64,000 nucleotides of DNA from Lama guanicoe (GCA_013239625.1 MU053588.1:707988-771987); one strand, 5' to 3'; numbered from the stretch's first letter, positions 11,686-25,050 are shown. Made by a program: numbers and translations. The notes: a model not told the origin generated them from the sequence alone.

Positions 11686-12049
11686 TGTCCTCAGCTTTAA
11701 TAAATCTGCTATAATAAAAATACCAGAGATTGGGTAACTATTTATAAACAACAGAAATTTCTTTCTCACAGTTCTGGAACCTGGAAGTCCAAGGTCAAGG
11801 TGCCAGTGGATATGGTGTCTGATGAGGATCCACTTCCTGGTTCATAGATGACCATCTTTTTACCATGTCCTCACATGGCAGAAGGGGCAAGAGAACTCCC
11901 TGGGACCTCCCTTATAAGGGCACTAATCCCACTCATGAGGGCTCTGCCCTCAAGACCTCATTACTTCCTGAAGTCTTAATGCCATCACATTGGAGGTTAA
12001 GTTTCAATGTAAGAATTTCCGGGGGAACACAGACATACACTTTACAGCA
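11686..12049 (-). mobile_element. MLT1A-like solo LTR
   Basis: ttctcacagttctggaacctggaagtccaaggtcaaggtgcc...ttataagggcactaatcccactcatgagggctc. Confidence 0.9.
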
Positions 12050-12699
12050 GAAGGTCATGGGCCCATCCCTGAAGGTGGTGTCTGAGGGTCGGATGAAGGA
12101 TGAACACAGTGAGCCATAGCCTTGCCAGGATGGTGGAGTGCGAGCTGGAGTATGTGCCTTCATGTTAAGTTTCCGCTTTTGAAAAGTGGAACTAATGTAA
12201 TCATCCCTACCTCATACGTAGGGTCTGGGGCAGATTCCACATAGTGAGTATTCAGCACTGTGGGTAGGGAGCGCTCTTTGGAACCTAGAGCAAGGGCCTC
12301 CCAGGTGGGAGCCCCAGAATCCCACCTTGCTGGGACCTAGTATTGCCATTTAAGCCTTGGTTGCTTGGGTACAACTATTGGCTCTGGCACATAAGAGCTG
12401 TGTAACGCTGGACAAATGGCTTTATGTCTCTGTGCCTCAATGTCCACATCTGTACCAGGGAGGAAAGTGCTTAGGACACTGCCGGGTACATGGCAGACAT
12501 CAGTAAATATTTTGAGATTGATGAGTACATGAATGGAAAGACTGAGTCAGAAGATACACACAGGTTGTTAAACCTTTTTGCATTTGTATTGCCAAGAGGC
12601 TCTCCAGAAAGGCATTACTCCATCTAGAAGCTGAGATGACACATTTCCCTACTTCTTAGTCAACACTGGATCTTACCGTCTAGGAAAAAAATGTATTGT

Positions 12700-12960
12700 T
12701 ATTTTGATCAGTAAAGAAACCAGCTTAATATTATGGACACATAAGAACATGTCTGTATACTACAGACCTGCAAACTGAAGCAGGTAATGGTAAAATGATG
12801 TCTAGGACTTACTTTAAGATACTTTGGGTGGGAGGAAAAGGGGAGAGGGGAGGAATAGATAAGGAATGGATGAAGATAATGTGGCAGAATCTTGGTAATG
12901 ACTGAATCTGGATTTGAATACATCAGGAGTTCTCTCTCTACTCTCTCTACTTTTTTAGAA
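12700..12960 (+). mobile_element. L1ME-type 3' end
   Basis: gatgtctaggacttactttaa...ggcagaatcttggtaatgactgaatctgg...tctactttt. Confidence 0.6.
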
Positions 12961-13027
12961 TCTTAACAAAACCAAAAAAGAAAAAAACCCAAACAAACAA
13001 ACCAACAAAAGAACCCCAGCTCCCCCA

Positions 13028-13037
13028 ACACACACAC

Positions 13038-13071
<34 letters not shown>
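13028..13071. repeat. (CA)n microsatellite
   Basis: Interrupted CA run. Confidence 0.95.
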
Positions 13072-13072
<1 letters not shown>

Positions 13073-13989
13073 GAGCCTAAAGATTGAACAGTGGAGCCTC
13101 TGCTGCTCACGGGCATTTTGGAGGTCCCAGGCCCAGGTGGTGTTGGATAAATGGCATCCTTACAGCCCTCCTTTCCCTGAGTCCTTCTCTGCATGAATCT
13201 CCTTTGTGGAGAGACCCTTTTGGCTCAGCACCTGGAAGGATAGTAGCTTTTGGACTCCAAGCCACGATTTCTCATCTCCTTCCTTGAACCAGGCAATCCC
13301 AATAAAGTTTTCCCATCCCAACCTGGAGGGGAGACAAACTCCCTGGTGATTAACTCCTGGGAAAACCCCGCTCAGTGATGGGTCTGGTTTTGCCATGGGG
13401 TGGGGGCAGTCACGAGCTGCTTTCCCCCAAAGATCTGTGTGATGATGGCAGAAACATAACTGACTGGTCTTCCACAGTGACTAAATATTGACTGTAGCCC
13501 CACAAATCCTCTGAACAGGCAAGAGCAGTCCTTGCCCATCCCTGTCAAGCAGCAGTGGCCCCAGCCCTTTCTGCAGACGCACGTGTCATTAGGTGGTGGG
13601 CTGTGAATTTCCAAGCCTACTCTCCATCCCCCTGTGAGGTGAAGTTAAGGAGGGGCTTTCACATCCCGTCTGGCACTGGGTGGGGTCTCAGTCAGTGGAG
13701 GGTGTTCCACCCAGGAACTGACCCCTGGACCCCTCCAGAAAGCTCATCATTTAAGAATGTGTCTTAGGCAGCTCAGCAGAGGCCCATGTGTGCGTGTGGT
13801 CAGCTGTAGCTTCCGGCTATCTCACTTTTGATGGATTTCAGCAATTTCTCATTTCCTGTAGGAAACGAAATGAGTCTGGAGAGAAGTATGAATAATCATG
13901 ATGACAGACTTGGCAACAGGGACATTGGGAACCTTGCCCTGAAGCTCATAGGTGGTGTCATTGTTGCCAGCATTTTGAGCACTGTGGAC

Positions 13990-14175
13990 CAGGGGAAAGG
14001 GGACCTGGGTTCGAATCCCAGTACCACCACTTAATGGCCATGTGATCTCAGGAAAGTCACTTAACCCCCTACCTCAGTTTCCTTTTCTATAAAGTGATGA
14101 TAATACTTGCTTCATAGGATTGTAAATGGTAAAATGTTTAAAATGGCCTTTTCTGTAGTAGTTGCTCAGTTAATA
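13990..14175 (+). mobile_element. MIR SINE
   Basis: cctgggttcgaatcccagtaccaccactt...aagtcacttaacc...cctcagtttcc. Confidence 0.85.
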
Positions 14176-15120
14176 CCAGCCGTGGCAGTGATTGTAGCCT
14201 ACTGTTACAGTCATGCACAGTTAGGACTGAGAACCACTCATCTATAATAGCAGTTCAGATGGAAGCAGAAATTGGAGGAGAGGAAGCCTCCTTCCTTCCC
14301 AAGTCTGTAGTTTGAGGAAATAGACTTCATTTCACCATTTAAAAATATTTTTCACTTGATGTTTAAAATCTAGAAGAGCACGAGTGAAAGGTTTCAAAGG
14401 GGAAGAATCTCTCCACTCTTGTACACAGGTACTCCTCACACTGGGGAGAAAAAAAAGACTAGAAGGAAATGAAGCTATGACTCTAGTGGTTTTGCTTGGT
14501 GGGGAGATTATGGGTAACTTTATATTCTTTGCACATTCCTTTACTTTCCAAGTTTTTTATATGTGTACACAGGCACCTACCAGTTTCGTAAACAGGAAGA
14601 ATATTTTAAAAGGTAAGAAATCATGAGAGCTGTGGCTTCTGGGGAAGTTGGGTGGAATTCTCCCAGAATGTAGCTGTCTGTTTCATGTTTTGCATGTCCC
14701 GAAGCCTGTGTCTTGACCTTTCTTGATGAGGTGTCCTCCAGCCCTATAAAATTTCTACTCAGGAAATCCTTGCTATCAAAGCCAATTCCTCACCGTCCAT
14801 CCTCCATCTGCTCAGCCTTGCTCTAGGTATTCACGCTCTCTTTCATCCTTCTCTTGAGATGAAAGAACTCCCATTTTTTTTTGTGGTTCTGACCCGGAGA
14901 AAGAGCCTCATTTTTGAAATGCGTAAGGCAGGAATAAGTACCTCATGAGGTGTCATGCAGCTCAGCTCACTGCTTACATGTTAGCTGAAGTTACGAATAA
15001 CGATAAATAGGGAACAAAGCAGTTGATTTATTTATAAACATTGATTGAAGATCTGTTCTGGGCCCGGTACATTGAGCAAGGCAGACATAGCTTGCCCGCC
15101 CACAGAGAGGGAAGACACAA

Positions 15121-15161
15121 GCCACACAGCTAGGTCCCAGGCCACACAGCTAGGTCCCAGG
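15121..15161. repeat. Perfect 20-bp tandem duplication
   Basis: GCCACACAGCTAGGTCCCAG x2. Confidence 0.95.
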
Positions 15162-15929
15162 TTCTAAACGTTCAGAAGGGTAAGATTTTTTTCTTTTGAG
15201 CCATAGAACAGGGGCTCCCCAGAGGCCCCCCAAGAAAGTGAAGTTTAAGTTACATATTCCGGGTGCAAAGGGAAAAAATGAACCTGGTGTACATCTTTTG
15301 ATAAGCCTCGCTTCTGAATGTTTCCAGCTGTGGGCAGGGATCTCCAGATGGGCGTTGCCATGGAAGCATCTTCCAGTTCTCACTTCCTGACTGAGTTTAT
15401 TTCCAAGTTTCCCGTGCCCATGCCAGTTCCCAGCTGTAAATACAGACGTGGCGGGGTCCCTTCTTCCTGCTGCCTTGTAACTGTGCGGAGAGCGGATGTG
15501 GCTAGGAGCCAACCCGGGAGCCTCCTCCCGACAGAGTTAGTTGTGGAACCTGCCCCGCCGTGGTTTCTCTTGGACCCGGGCTCTCTTTCCTTTGTCCTCT
15601 TGTGGGACTGTGCCAGCACGTCCCGGCCTGTGTTTTGAAACTTTAGACCCCAACTTGTATTTGATGGAGAAATGAGCTCATGAGGGCTTCCTCCACCACC
15701 CAGCCACTGGAGAAGTTGAATCAAATCTCTTTCATTCAGATCCCCGACTGAGGCTAGATTTGCCACCCCCGTGACAGAAACTGGGCTGGCTGTTTGCTCT
15801 TTGGGACTGTTTGTGAATAAAGGACTTGTTGGTCTAAACAAAGGAACAGCAAACAAGATGGAGGACGGGTGTAGCTAATTGCTCTCTGGGATTGAGACCT
15901 CTCAGCTACCCTTCAGTGCTTTAGAATAA

Positions 15930-16085
15930 TCATTGCTAACGTGTTGAGAATTTACAGTGTGCTAAGTATACTCTAAATCCAAATGTAATCCTCTTAACCC
16001 AGTGAAGTGTTTATTACTATTATCCCCATTTTACAGCTGGGTAAGCTGTGGCAGAGGGCAAGTTATATTGTTGGTCAAATTGCCA
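15930..16085 (-). mobile_element. MIR SINE
   Basis: tattatccccattttacagctgggtaagctgtggcagag. Confidence 0.75.
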
Positions 16086-16184
16086 TACTGCTCTCTTAGA
16101 GCTCCTTAAACCCTGCCATTTTAGGCAAAAAAAGGGGAAGATTTAACCAGAGGCTGCTGGGATGGCCCAGAGAACCAAAGCAAG

Positions 16185-16450
16185 TGTACCAGTTAACTTG
16201 GTTATAAGTAACAGAAACACCAACTCAAACCTGGCTTCCCTGTCCGTCTGGCTGTCAGCATTGGTCCAGGTTTTTGTCTTCTCATCCTTGGCCCGAGAGA
16301 GATAGTATCTTGTCCTCCAGCCATAGTGCAAAGCTTCAAAGCTCCTATCTAGTTGGACTAGGACAGGTCATGTGACCCTCCCTGAACCAGTCACTGTGGC
16401 AAGGGGGTGGGGTCACACTAACAGGCTGGTTGCTCCCACCAAAACCACTC
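16185..16450 (-). mobile_element. Old MaLR/ERVL LTR remnant
   Basis: gttataagtaacagaaacaccaactcaaac...ggtcatgtgaccctccctgaaccagtcactgtggc. Confidence 0.6.
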
Positions 16451-17439
16451 GTGGGGAAGGGTGGAGTGGGTGCTGGGAAGCAGCCACCCTGTGGACGGGA
16501 GCTAGGGCACCAGTGCCACTCTCAGGATCCTCTTCCTCACTGCTCGCCCCCCGCCCCTGTCTGCTTTATTCGTTCTCTCATAGTTGTCATCTCTCTGCCT
16601 TTCCTTCTGCTGGGTGAGAAACCCGACCATCCACAGACCAAGCTGTACACCTTGCAGTACAGGCTCCCAAAAAGCCCAGAACAACCCAAAGAAGAGAAAA
16701 TGTCTCCCTTTGGACTCATTAGCCAGGGCCAGGGAAGGGGTTCTTGAGACAGGCCCAGTTAAGGTCAGGTGCTCTTTCTGAGCCAGTCAGCTGTAGGCAG
16801 AAATAGCATCACTGTTCCCGCTGTCCCCTCCTACATGCCTTCTGTGTTCTTTTCCCAGGACCTCTGAGCCAGGAGTCATTTAAGCAGGACCCCTGAGGAC
16901 AGCAGTTGGGCTGCACTCACTGTCAGGACACTAAAACCTCATTTTACTCCCAAGCCACTGGAGGATGAGGGATATCCCTTCCATCTTCCACATTCCAGAG
17001 CAGCCCCCTGCGGAAAGGCCAACTCTTCAGCATAGCCCACCAGGTGCGTGCTGTGGTCCCCGCCCCAGCCTCATCCCGCAGGTCCCTCTACGCTCTGCCC
17101 TCCAGCCACCTGGCCTGCTTTCGGTTCCTTTGGCACATGGCACTTGTTCCCTATCCCTGGGGTGCTTCCTCTTCTCCCTCGTCTTGTTCCCCACCTCCGC
17201 ACCCCTATTCTGGCCTACCCGTGCCATTCAGATCTCCCCAGAGCATCACCGCAGCAACCAGAGCGCACATTCCACCCTTCTTCCCTGAACTACTCAGCTT
17301 ACACATTTAGGGCGTTTTCATCCTCAGTGATGTCAGCTCCTTAAAGGCAGGGGCCAAATCTGTTTTGTTAAAGGTGTGACCCCTTCCACTAAAGGTACGC
17401 CTTCCTGAGTTTTGCTGAGGAAATGAATGAGGTGATAAT

Positions 17440-17760
17440 AGTAATATAATTAACAGTAGCTGCCTTTTGAATGGCTGCTTAATAGGCACTGTACTAAGCA
17501 CTTTTTGTATGTAAGCCTTTAAATGGTTACTCCCATTTAACAGAATATAATAATGATGGTAGTAATTTATGGAGCAGTGAGTGTCAGAGATTGTCCTGAG
17601 TCCTTTACCTGTGTCATCTCGTCAAACCCTGACAACAGTTCCCTGAGACCAGTATTGTCATCATCCTGACTTCACAGTTGAGGGAAGTGGTGCACAGTGA
17701 CCCTGCCCACATCACTCAGCTAGGAGGTGGCAAAGCTGGGATTCCAGCCCTGACCAAGTA
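17440..17760 (-). mobile_element. MIR SINE fragments (2)
   Basis: ggcactgtactaagcacttt; cacatcactcagctaggaggtggcaaagctgggattcc. Confidence 0.7.
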
Positions 17761-17919
17761 CTTGCTATCCTGTCTCCCTGCATGTGCAGTGACACCGTCC
17801 TAGAGAGCTCTGATCATTTGACCAAGGCCACACAGGTAGGAGGTAGTAAGAACCCATGGTTTACCTGTCAGCCATTTTTGGTGGGATCGAGTTGCATACC
17901 AGCTTCCCGCGTGTATGTG

Positions 17920-18817
17920 TGTAAAGGAAAAACACACTTATCCTGTGTCTTCTTTACTCATACACTGTACTGCAGCATTACTTCCCTGCTGACACCAGAT
18001 ATGTGGCTTTTCCCCATCAAGTGATTAACTCAATTCTGATACTCACTGCATGGAAGTAGCATCAGGTCCCACGGGTTAAGGGCTCAGTCCTACAAAGTGT
18101 CCCTCACCCCCAACCTCCCCACCTTGCTTCTGACCCACCAGCTCTACATCGGAGTTTCCCACAGCCCCCTCCCTTGGGTTCAGTTAATTTGCTACAGCAG
18201 CTCACAGAGCTCGGGAAAACATTTACTTACTAGATTGCCTGTTTGTTAAAAAGGACAACACTCAGGAACAGCCAGGAGAAGATGTGGAGGGGAAGACACG
18301 GGGAGGGGCGTGGCACTTCATGCCCTCTCGAGGGGGCCACCCTCTCTGCACCTCCATGGGTCTGCCATCCCGGAAGCTCTCCCAGCCCCATGCTTTTGAG
18401 GGTTTACAGAGGCTTCATTACAGAACCGTAGTTGATTATGCCAATTGAACTCAATTTCCAGCCCTTCTCCCCTTCCCAGAGGTCAGGGTTGGGGCTGAAA
18501 GTGCCAACCCACTAATCGAGGTTGGTTCCCCTGGCAGCCAGCCCTCCCCCGTCCTCAGGTTATCGCAGGGGCTTTCCACAAGTCACTCCATTAACAAACT
18601 CAGGTGTGGTTGAAAGGGGCGTGTTCTGAATAACAGGACACTCCTTTCACCTTTATCATTTTGAAACTGCTTTAGGAACTGAAGACAAATGGCCAAATCA
18701 TGCAAACCATAAGATGCTCACTTTGCTCTCATCACTTAGGAAATTCCCAGGGTTTTAGGAACTCTGCCAGAGACAAAGACCAACTAGGAATTTCTTACTA
18801 TAAATCCCAATACCACA
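17920..18817 (-). mobile_element. MER21-family solo LTR
   Basis: TG...CA termini; internal motifs (gggctgaaagtgccaacccactaatc, aatttgctacagcagctcacaga) are reverse complements of those in the LTR at 63272+. Confidence 0.85.
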
Positions 18818-18869
18818 GGATGTATTTCTATACATTATATACTCATATTCTGTATATTTCAACATTGTA

Positions 18870-19230
18870 CATAATTAGACAAATGCCAATGAAAATCACG
18901 CTGAGATAAGAGTTCTCACGTCTCAGGAGGGCGGGCCCAAAAAGTGAGCAGGGCTGCTGCCGGGAAGCAGGCAGGCTTGTCCACAGCCGGGAGAGGGAAA
19001 GCAGGACTATTGCTTTGAAGGGACTCCAAGGTCAGCACGGCCCTTGCACACACCCTGCCTTTGCCCAGCAGTCTCACTTCGAGGAATTTTTGCCTGCAGG
19101 TATTCCCAAGTGTGAGAAGTGATCTCTGTCCAGGGTGGTTCAGTACAGCACTGTTTGGGAGAGCAGACGTTGGGGGCTGACCTACACGTCCATGACTCCC
19201 CGGGGGCTGGAGGGTCAGTTAGGTTCATCT
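18870..19230 (+). mobile_element. Old L1ME fragment
   Basis: aaatgccaatgaaaatcacgctgagata...cccagcagtctcacttcgaggaattt. Confidence 0.6.
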
Positions 19231-19538
19231 AGACAGTGGTGCTCTGTGCTGCTTGCAGGGGAATGGGGTCCTGCAGGGAGCGCCTTCCGTGGTTCCCTGC
19301 CGAGTAGGAAAAAGGGAAGGAAAGGGAACACCTTTTATTAGTAATTCTCAGTTGGGAGGGGCATGCTGGAACCTGGGGGAAGAGTGTAGATTTCATGAGG
19401 ATTCCAGTCCCAAGCCGCCCTAGTGCACGCGTCCCATCAGACCAGCTCACCTCGGGTGTCTGCAGCAGGCGCCATGTTCTTGGCTCTGTGCACATGTATA
19501 TGTTGTACAGACGGACAGACAGGCATGTCCCAAATCAT

Positions 19539-19569
<31 letters not shown>

Positions 19570-19589
19570 ATTTCATTTCAGGTCTCAGT

Positions 19590-19850
19590 TTGAATGGCTG
19601 GGACCCCACCTCACAGAGGCCTTCCTGAGCATCATGTCTAACGTGGCCCTACCTTGTCACTGTCTGTCCCCTGCTTTGTTTTCCATCAGAGCACTTGTCA
19701 TCTTCTGATGTCACATGTTTGTTTGCCCCTTTCTCCTCAGCTCTGAGGGCAGTGATCTCTGTTTCCTTCCTCAGTGTATCTCAGCGTCTAGAGCAGTGCC
19801 TGGCCCGTAGTAGTTGTTTAATAAGTACGTGCTGAATGGACGTGAATGAG
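19590..19850 (+). mobile_element. L2 3' end (preceded by a (TG)n run at about 19543-19569)
   Basis: tctagagcagtgcctggcccgtagtagttgtttaataagtacgtgctgaatg. Confidence 0.8.
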
Positions 19851-20399
19851 CCTGAGCAGTGAAACTTACCCCTGTGTGGGATGTGGACCTGAGGCTCCCA
19901 GAGGCCTTGCTCCCCAACTACCCCCCGCCCCCCGGCATGGAACAAACTGAGGGCCCGCTTCTCTTCTGACTGGGGCAGGAGGCGGGAACTCTCCCAAGAC
20001 TGCCTCCTATGCAGCTAAAACTCTCCCTTTGCTCACATTTCCTTTTCAGTCACCTTGGAAGATTCAGATGCAGGCCAGGTCTCTTCTGAGGGGATCTCTG
20101 CCCATGAAGCACTGAGAAAAGTGGTTGTGATGTTCACATCTGATGCCCACTCCCCCGGCCATCTGTGGCCCGTCTCTCCTCTCTGGCTTTGATGATGCTT
20201 GTTCCGGGCAGTGATCCCATGGAGGATAGCTAGAAGGGGAAAGACACTTCCATTCTGAAGGCCTCCCTCCGCTGAAGGACTCTTCACCTCAGTCTTGTGC
20301 TTAATATTATCAGAGTCCGGTTTGCCCAAGAGCCGTCCTCAGACTTGAGGAGTTGAGAATGCCGCTTGTTATTTCTATGGTGTTTTACTTATAACAGTT

Positions 20400-20610
20400 T
20401 CACTAACATCCTTTGGGGCTCCAGGTACTTTGCCAGTCACTTGATCCATGTTCCCTCATTTAACCCTCCCAGCAAGCCTGTTCAGAGGTAGAAATTACAC
20501 CACCATTCCCCCTTTACTGATAAGGAAGCTTGGACTCAGAAAGGTCTAGTAATGAGTCATGGGTCACACAGCTGCTGAGATACAGAGCTGGGATTTGATT
20601 CGGCTCTCAC
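20400..20610 (-). mobile_element. MIR SINE
   Basis: ctttactgataaggaagcttggactcagaaagg...gtcacacagct. Confidence 0.75.
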
Positions 20611-20919
20611 TGACCACCAAGAAGGCGCTGTTCCGGCCACATGGCCTGACTGCATCCCCATCTGCTTTGGGGATTCTCCCAGTGGCTAGTGGAGGAGGGT
20701 CTGGTTTCCTACAGTGTAATGTGGTTTGTTAATCATGTTACAAAGTGCTGCTGGCCAGCATGAGGCCTTGATGGATGGAGGAAGTGGGTGGAGAGCGCCT
20801 GCTTGTTTATTTCTCATAGACATTTAGCACACAAATGACCAGACTTCTGTTTCTCCTCGAGGTTGGTTTCCATCTTGGTCAGGGGAGAGGGTTGGATAAC
20901 AGCCAGAGGAACCCTGTTA

Positions 20920-21445
20920 TCACCCAGTTAGATCTGTCCCTCTCTGCTGAGAACCCTTCTGTGGCTCCCTGCTACCCAGAGTAAAAGCCAGAGTCCTCAC
21001 TATCCCCAACCAGACCCCACATGATCTGCCCCCATTATCTATGACTTCATCTCCTCCTTCTCTTCTCCTCACTTGCTTTGCTCCTTCCATGGACCTCCTT
21101 AGTGCTCCATAGACACCAGGTTATGCACCTGCCCCAGGACACTTGCACTGGCTCTTCCTGCCAGTGAAGGAAGACCAGGAAGGAAGGCTTCTCTCATTAC
21201 CATGTGTTTCGCCCCTCACATCCTTCAAGCCTTTGTGCATATGATGTCTTCTTAGGGAGGTCCCCATCTCCCTTCTCTGCTTTTCTCTATAGCACTTACC
21301 TGACCTGCTGTAGCTTTTAGTTACTTTGTTTATTGTTCATCTTCCGCACAGAGTCACCAGCTCTGATGTCCTGTTCATCCGGTGCCCACAGCAGTGCCTG
21401 GCTCCAGGTAGACACTCAGCAAACATTTCTTGAAAGAATGAATGC
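20920..21445 (+). mobile_element. L2 LINE
   Basis: cagtgcctggctccaggtagacactcagcaaacatttcttgaaagaatgaatg 3' tail. Confidence 0.75.
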
Positions 21446-22217
21446 ATCCCCAAGTGCAGAATGGTCAGATCCTGTCATTTTGGTGCTGGGGGAGGAGGTG
21501 GGGAGGGGGATTAGTTTTGCTCATCAGGTCACAGTGAGACCTTCCCATGTGCCAGGCTGCAGCTCTGGGCTCCAGACACCAAGGGGAAGAAGCCCCGGCT
21601 CTCCAAGTAGATTTAAGCTGTGGAGGAAGGTGCACCTGCTGAGGAGAGCCCAGATCCTGCCCCCGTGCCCTGGCTGCAAGGGAGGCTGTGAGAGCCTGTC
21701 CCCAGCCTTTGTAATATTGTTCCATGGGAGGCAGGCCCAGCCTCCCACAAAGGATCATAGATGGGAAATTCCCAAATCATTGGAAAGATTCTGGGCAGCC
21801 AAAATGGTTTAATTCTTTAAACTTTTTATTAAACCATACTATGCATCTAGAAAAAGACAGGGGCACATACTAAAAGTGTGTGAGGCTAGATGAACTTTAA
21901 CAAATGACACACTCATGTAACCAGCTGTAAAAACTAGTATTTTTAGCCCCCAGAAGTCCCTTTTCTACCTATTCCCTTGCTCAGCTCAGGCCCAAGTGTG
22001 GGCTGCAGAATGACCTGAATCCACCCCCTGAATTGTGTGGACTTGCTGCCAATTTTGAAATATTTTCATGCTCTCCCATCCCCTCCCCTTCCCCAGAGTC
22101 GCTTTCTCATCTGGCTCCGTCCAGGCCCCTCCCTGCACAGGTTAGTCCAGAGCTTCAGCCAGTGTTGCCGCAGCAGGTGTGTGTTGTGTGGGGCCCTTAC
22201 TCTCTGCCTGGGATCAG

Positions 22218-22330
22218 CTTTGTTGTCCTGTGACGTGAGTCACAGCAGGGCTTAAAAGCAGTGGCTTGGTGAGGCCTCTGGTTCTGGGCCAGCCCTGGAG
22301 GCCGACTGGCCTGTAGGAAGTGAACGAGAA
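22218..22330 (+). promoter_or_regulatory. Candidate enhancer/promoter: overlapping CRE half-site and AP-1, TATA-like, ETS
   Basis: TGACGTGAGTCA 22231-22242, TTAAAA 22252-22257, AGGAAGT about 22315, in apparently non-repeat DNA. Confidence 0.3.
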
Positions 22331-23724
22331 GGCCTCTTGTTTCTCTAAGCTTGGTTCTTCTGTATTCTTCATCCCCTGTTCCCTCCTGTTTCTCATATCT
22401 GGACTTGTTCTCGAGAGCGCAGGTGTGATGGGCAGCAGCTGCTGCCACAGGCCTCCCTCGCCCTTTCTGAGAGGCTTTGGGCATTTGGAGAACTCTGGGG
22501 TAGTGAGGCAGCTCAGCCAGCATGAGTTAAAACAAGCGTGGAAGGAGAGAGGGCCCGGCTTCTGTCTCTCTACCGTCAGTGCCCTTGGGTCCCTGAAGAC
22601 CTGACTCCCACCTCGGCTTGGGTGTCCCTCTGGTGCTGTTGGGAAGTGCTGGCCAGGCTGACTTATCAAAATTAGTATCTCTGGGAGTTTGCTTTCGGCC
22701 TGCCCAAGGGCTGCATAATTGGAGGAACTGTGGATATCACAAGCAGGTAAAATTTGATGTTTGAGCTTGTACTAGGTCAAAAAAGCGGGGTGGAGGGATA
22801 GCCTTGAAGGAGAAAATATAGGGCATTAATGAGCTCAACCAAGTATTCTTCCAAGCTGCTGGAGGACATGTGAATCATTGCAACCTTTTTAGAAGACAGC
22901 CTAAAAAAGAAATCTTACTTATTTTTGAATGAGCAGTACATGCACGTGATAAAGGATTCAAATGACACACACAAAAAAATGTACAGTGAAGTCTCACCCC
23001 CTGCTCTTAAAATAGACGAGCCCTACTACTGGGGCTAGTGGACACGCAGGAAGGCTCTGGGTGGACACATCCCCACAGCACTGTTGGGTTGTGCCACTCT
23101 GGGGGCTCTGTTTGCTCTGTGGTCTGTGATCGTGGTAGCCCTGGAGTTGTTCTCTGTGGCACTCTGCACCCCTTCCCCTTCCCTGCTCCTCATCCCAGGA
23201 GAAGGATGCATTCCTCCAGGTTCTGGTGTTCCCCTCAGGATGCATGTGGCTGTCAGTGGGTTGGAGCTCATGACCCCTTTGGGTCATAACCTGTCTTTTA
23301 TCTCCTGCTGGGCTTCACTTGCTGTGGCTGTTCTCAAACTGAGGCTCCCCACCTCGACTAGACCACATTTATTCACAGTGCTGTCTCCCCTCTCTTGACT
23401 GTGTCCCTTACCCTCCTGCCACCACTGAAAAGAAAGAGAGTACTTCCTGTCTCTGGAGCAGCATCTCTTCCTCTGTTTCCTCCCCTGCTGGTCATTCATC
23501 AGGAGTGAGAGCTCACTTCTCACTGGCTTGTCTGTTCCTCTGACCCCCTCAGAGAAGGAAGGACCTGGTTATTACTGACTCTGAGGCTTTATCTTGCTTA
23601 GGGCATGTGTATGTGTCTAAAAGAGTATTCTCAGATTTCTGGTTTGGGTAGTTGGTGGTGTCTGGTGGACCACTATGTACCAGTGGATGGGAGAAAAACA
23701 GGTACAGGCAAGGATATTATGTCT

Positions 23725-23789
23725 ATATGTATGTGTGTGTATACACACACATACACACGCACACACACACAGAGGGAGAGAGAGAGAGA
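23725..23789. repeat. Compound TA/TG/CA/GA microsatellite
   Basis: Seen directly in the sequence. Confidence 0.9.
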
Positions 23790-23979
23790 ATTCATGTCTT
23801 TATTGAAAATACAAAAATATGCCCTACCAAAAAATAGGCAGTGATTGTTCATTCATTAAATTCTTGTAACAGGCATTTGGTGATCTGCTCTCACTGTGCT
23901 GTGCATGACTTGAATCTGGCAGAAAACCACTTTGGAAAGACTCATGAGACCATGTAAAGAGCAGTCTCAAATCTTCCTT

Positions 23980-25050
23980 CTCTGCCTCACTCCCCCTAGT
24001 GCCCCCAACCCGTGGCCAGTCCATCAGCAAGGTGTGTTCTTCCTTGACCTGAAACAGACCTTCACCAGCCTCCTCCTTTCCATTCCTCTGCCCTTACCTT
24101 GGTCCCAGCCCTCACTGTCTCTCCCGGCTATCAGAACAGCAGCCACCTCACTCTTCTCCCTGCTTCTCTTCCACCCCGACAATCTCTAGGCAACAGCCAG
24201 GGGGGTCTTTCAACAGTGTCGTCAGAGCGCATCATTCTCCTCCTTCTCATCATACTTAGAATAAAAAGCATATGGCGGACGGTGGCTCACCAGCCCCGCG
24301 AGCTTCTGCTACGTCCCCTAACACTTCCTCCCTCCCTTGCCGCAGTGATCTGGGCAGGCAGGCTTCCCTGAGTTTCTTTCACATGTTCCTCCATCCTCCT
24401 CCATCTCCAGGAATATTCTTTTTTTTAAACTTTCATTAGAGACTTTATTACCAATCCAGTAATTCAGTCTGGATAGCCCTTTGAGTGTCTTTTGAGATAT
24501 AATTTGCATACCATAAAGTTCATCCTTTGAAAGTGTACTGTTCAGTGGTTTTTAGTGTATTCATAAGGCTGTGCAACCATCACCGGGATCTAATTCTAGT
24601 ACAGCTTCATCAACCCCAAAAGACACCCTGTCCCCATTAGCGGTTACTCTCCTTCCATTTCCGCCTCCTCCCAGCCCCTGGCAACCACTAGCCTACTGTC
24701 TGTCTCTTCGGATTTGCCTATTCTGGACGTTTCATATAAAGGGAATCATATGTGTGGTCTTCTGTGACTGGCTTCTTTCACTCAGTGTTCATCCATAGTC
24801 TACGTGAATCAGTACTCGTTCTGTTGAGAGCTGTGCACCACCCCACTGCGTGGATGTGCCATGTGTTGTTCATCGTGGCACTTCTCACCGTCTGTACTTC
24901 TGTGTATTTGCTTGCCTGTTTATCTCCGGTCCCCTGTCCTGGACTGTAAGCTTTGTAAGGGCAGTTTCTCTGCTTTTGTTCACCGTGTCCAGCACCCTGC
25001 CTCGCACAGAGCCCAGCGCTGGGTGGTGCTGAACAGTTGCTGGATGAAAG
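23980..25050 (+). mobile_element. L2 LINE split by an L1 insertion
   Basis: L2 body 23980-24400; L2 3' end (gactgtaagctttgtaagggcag...) 24890-25050. Confidence 0.65.
24485..24865 (-). mobile_element. L1MB-type 3' UTR
   Basis: ccagcccctggcaaccactagcctactgtctgtctct...ttctggacgtttcatataaagggaatcata. Confidence 0.85.
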
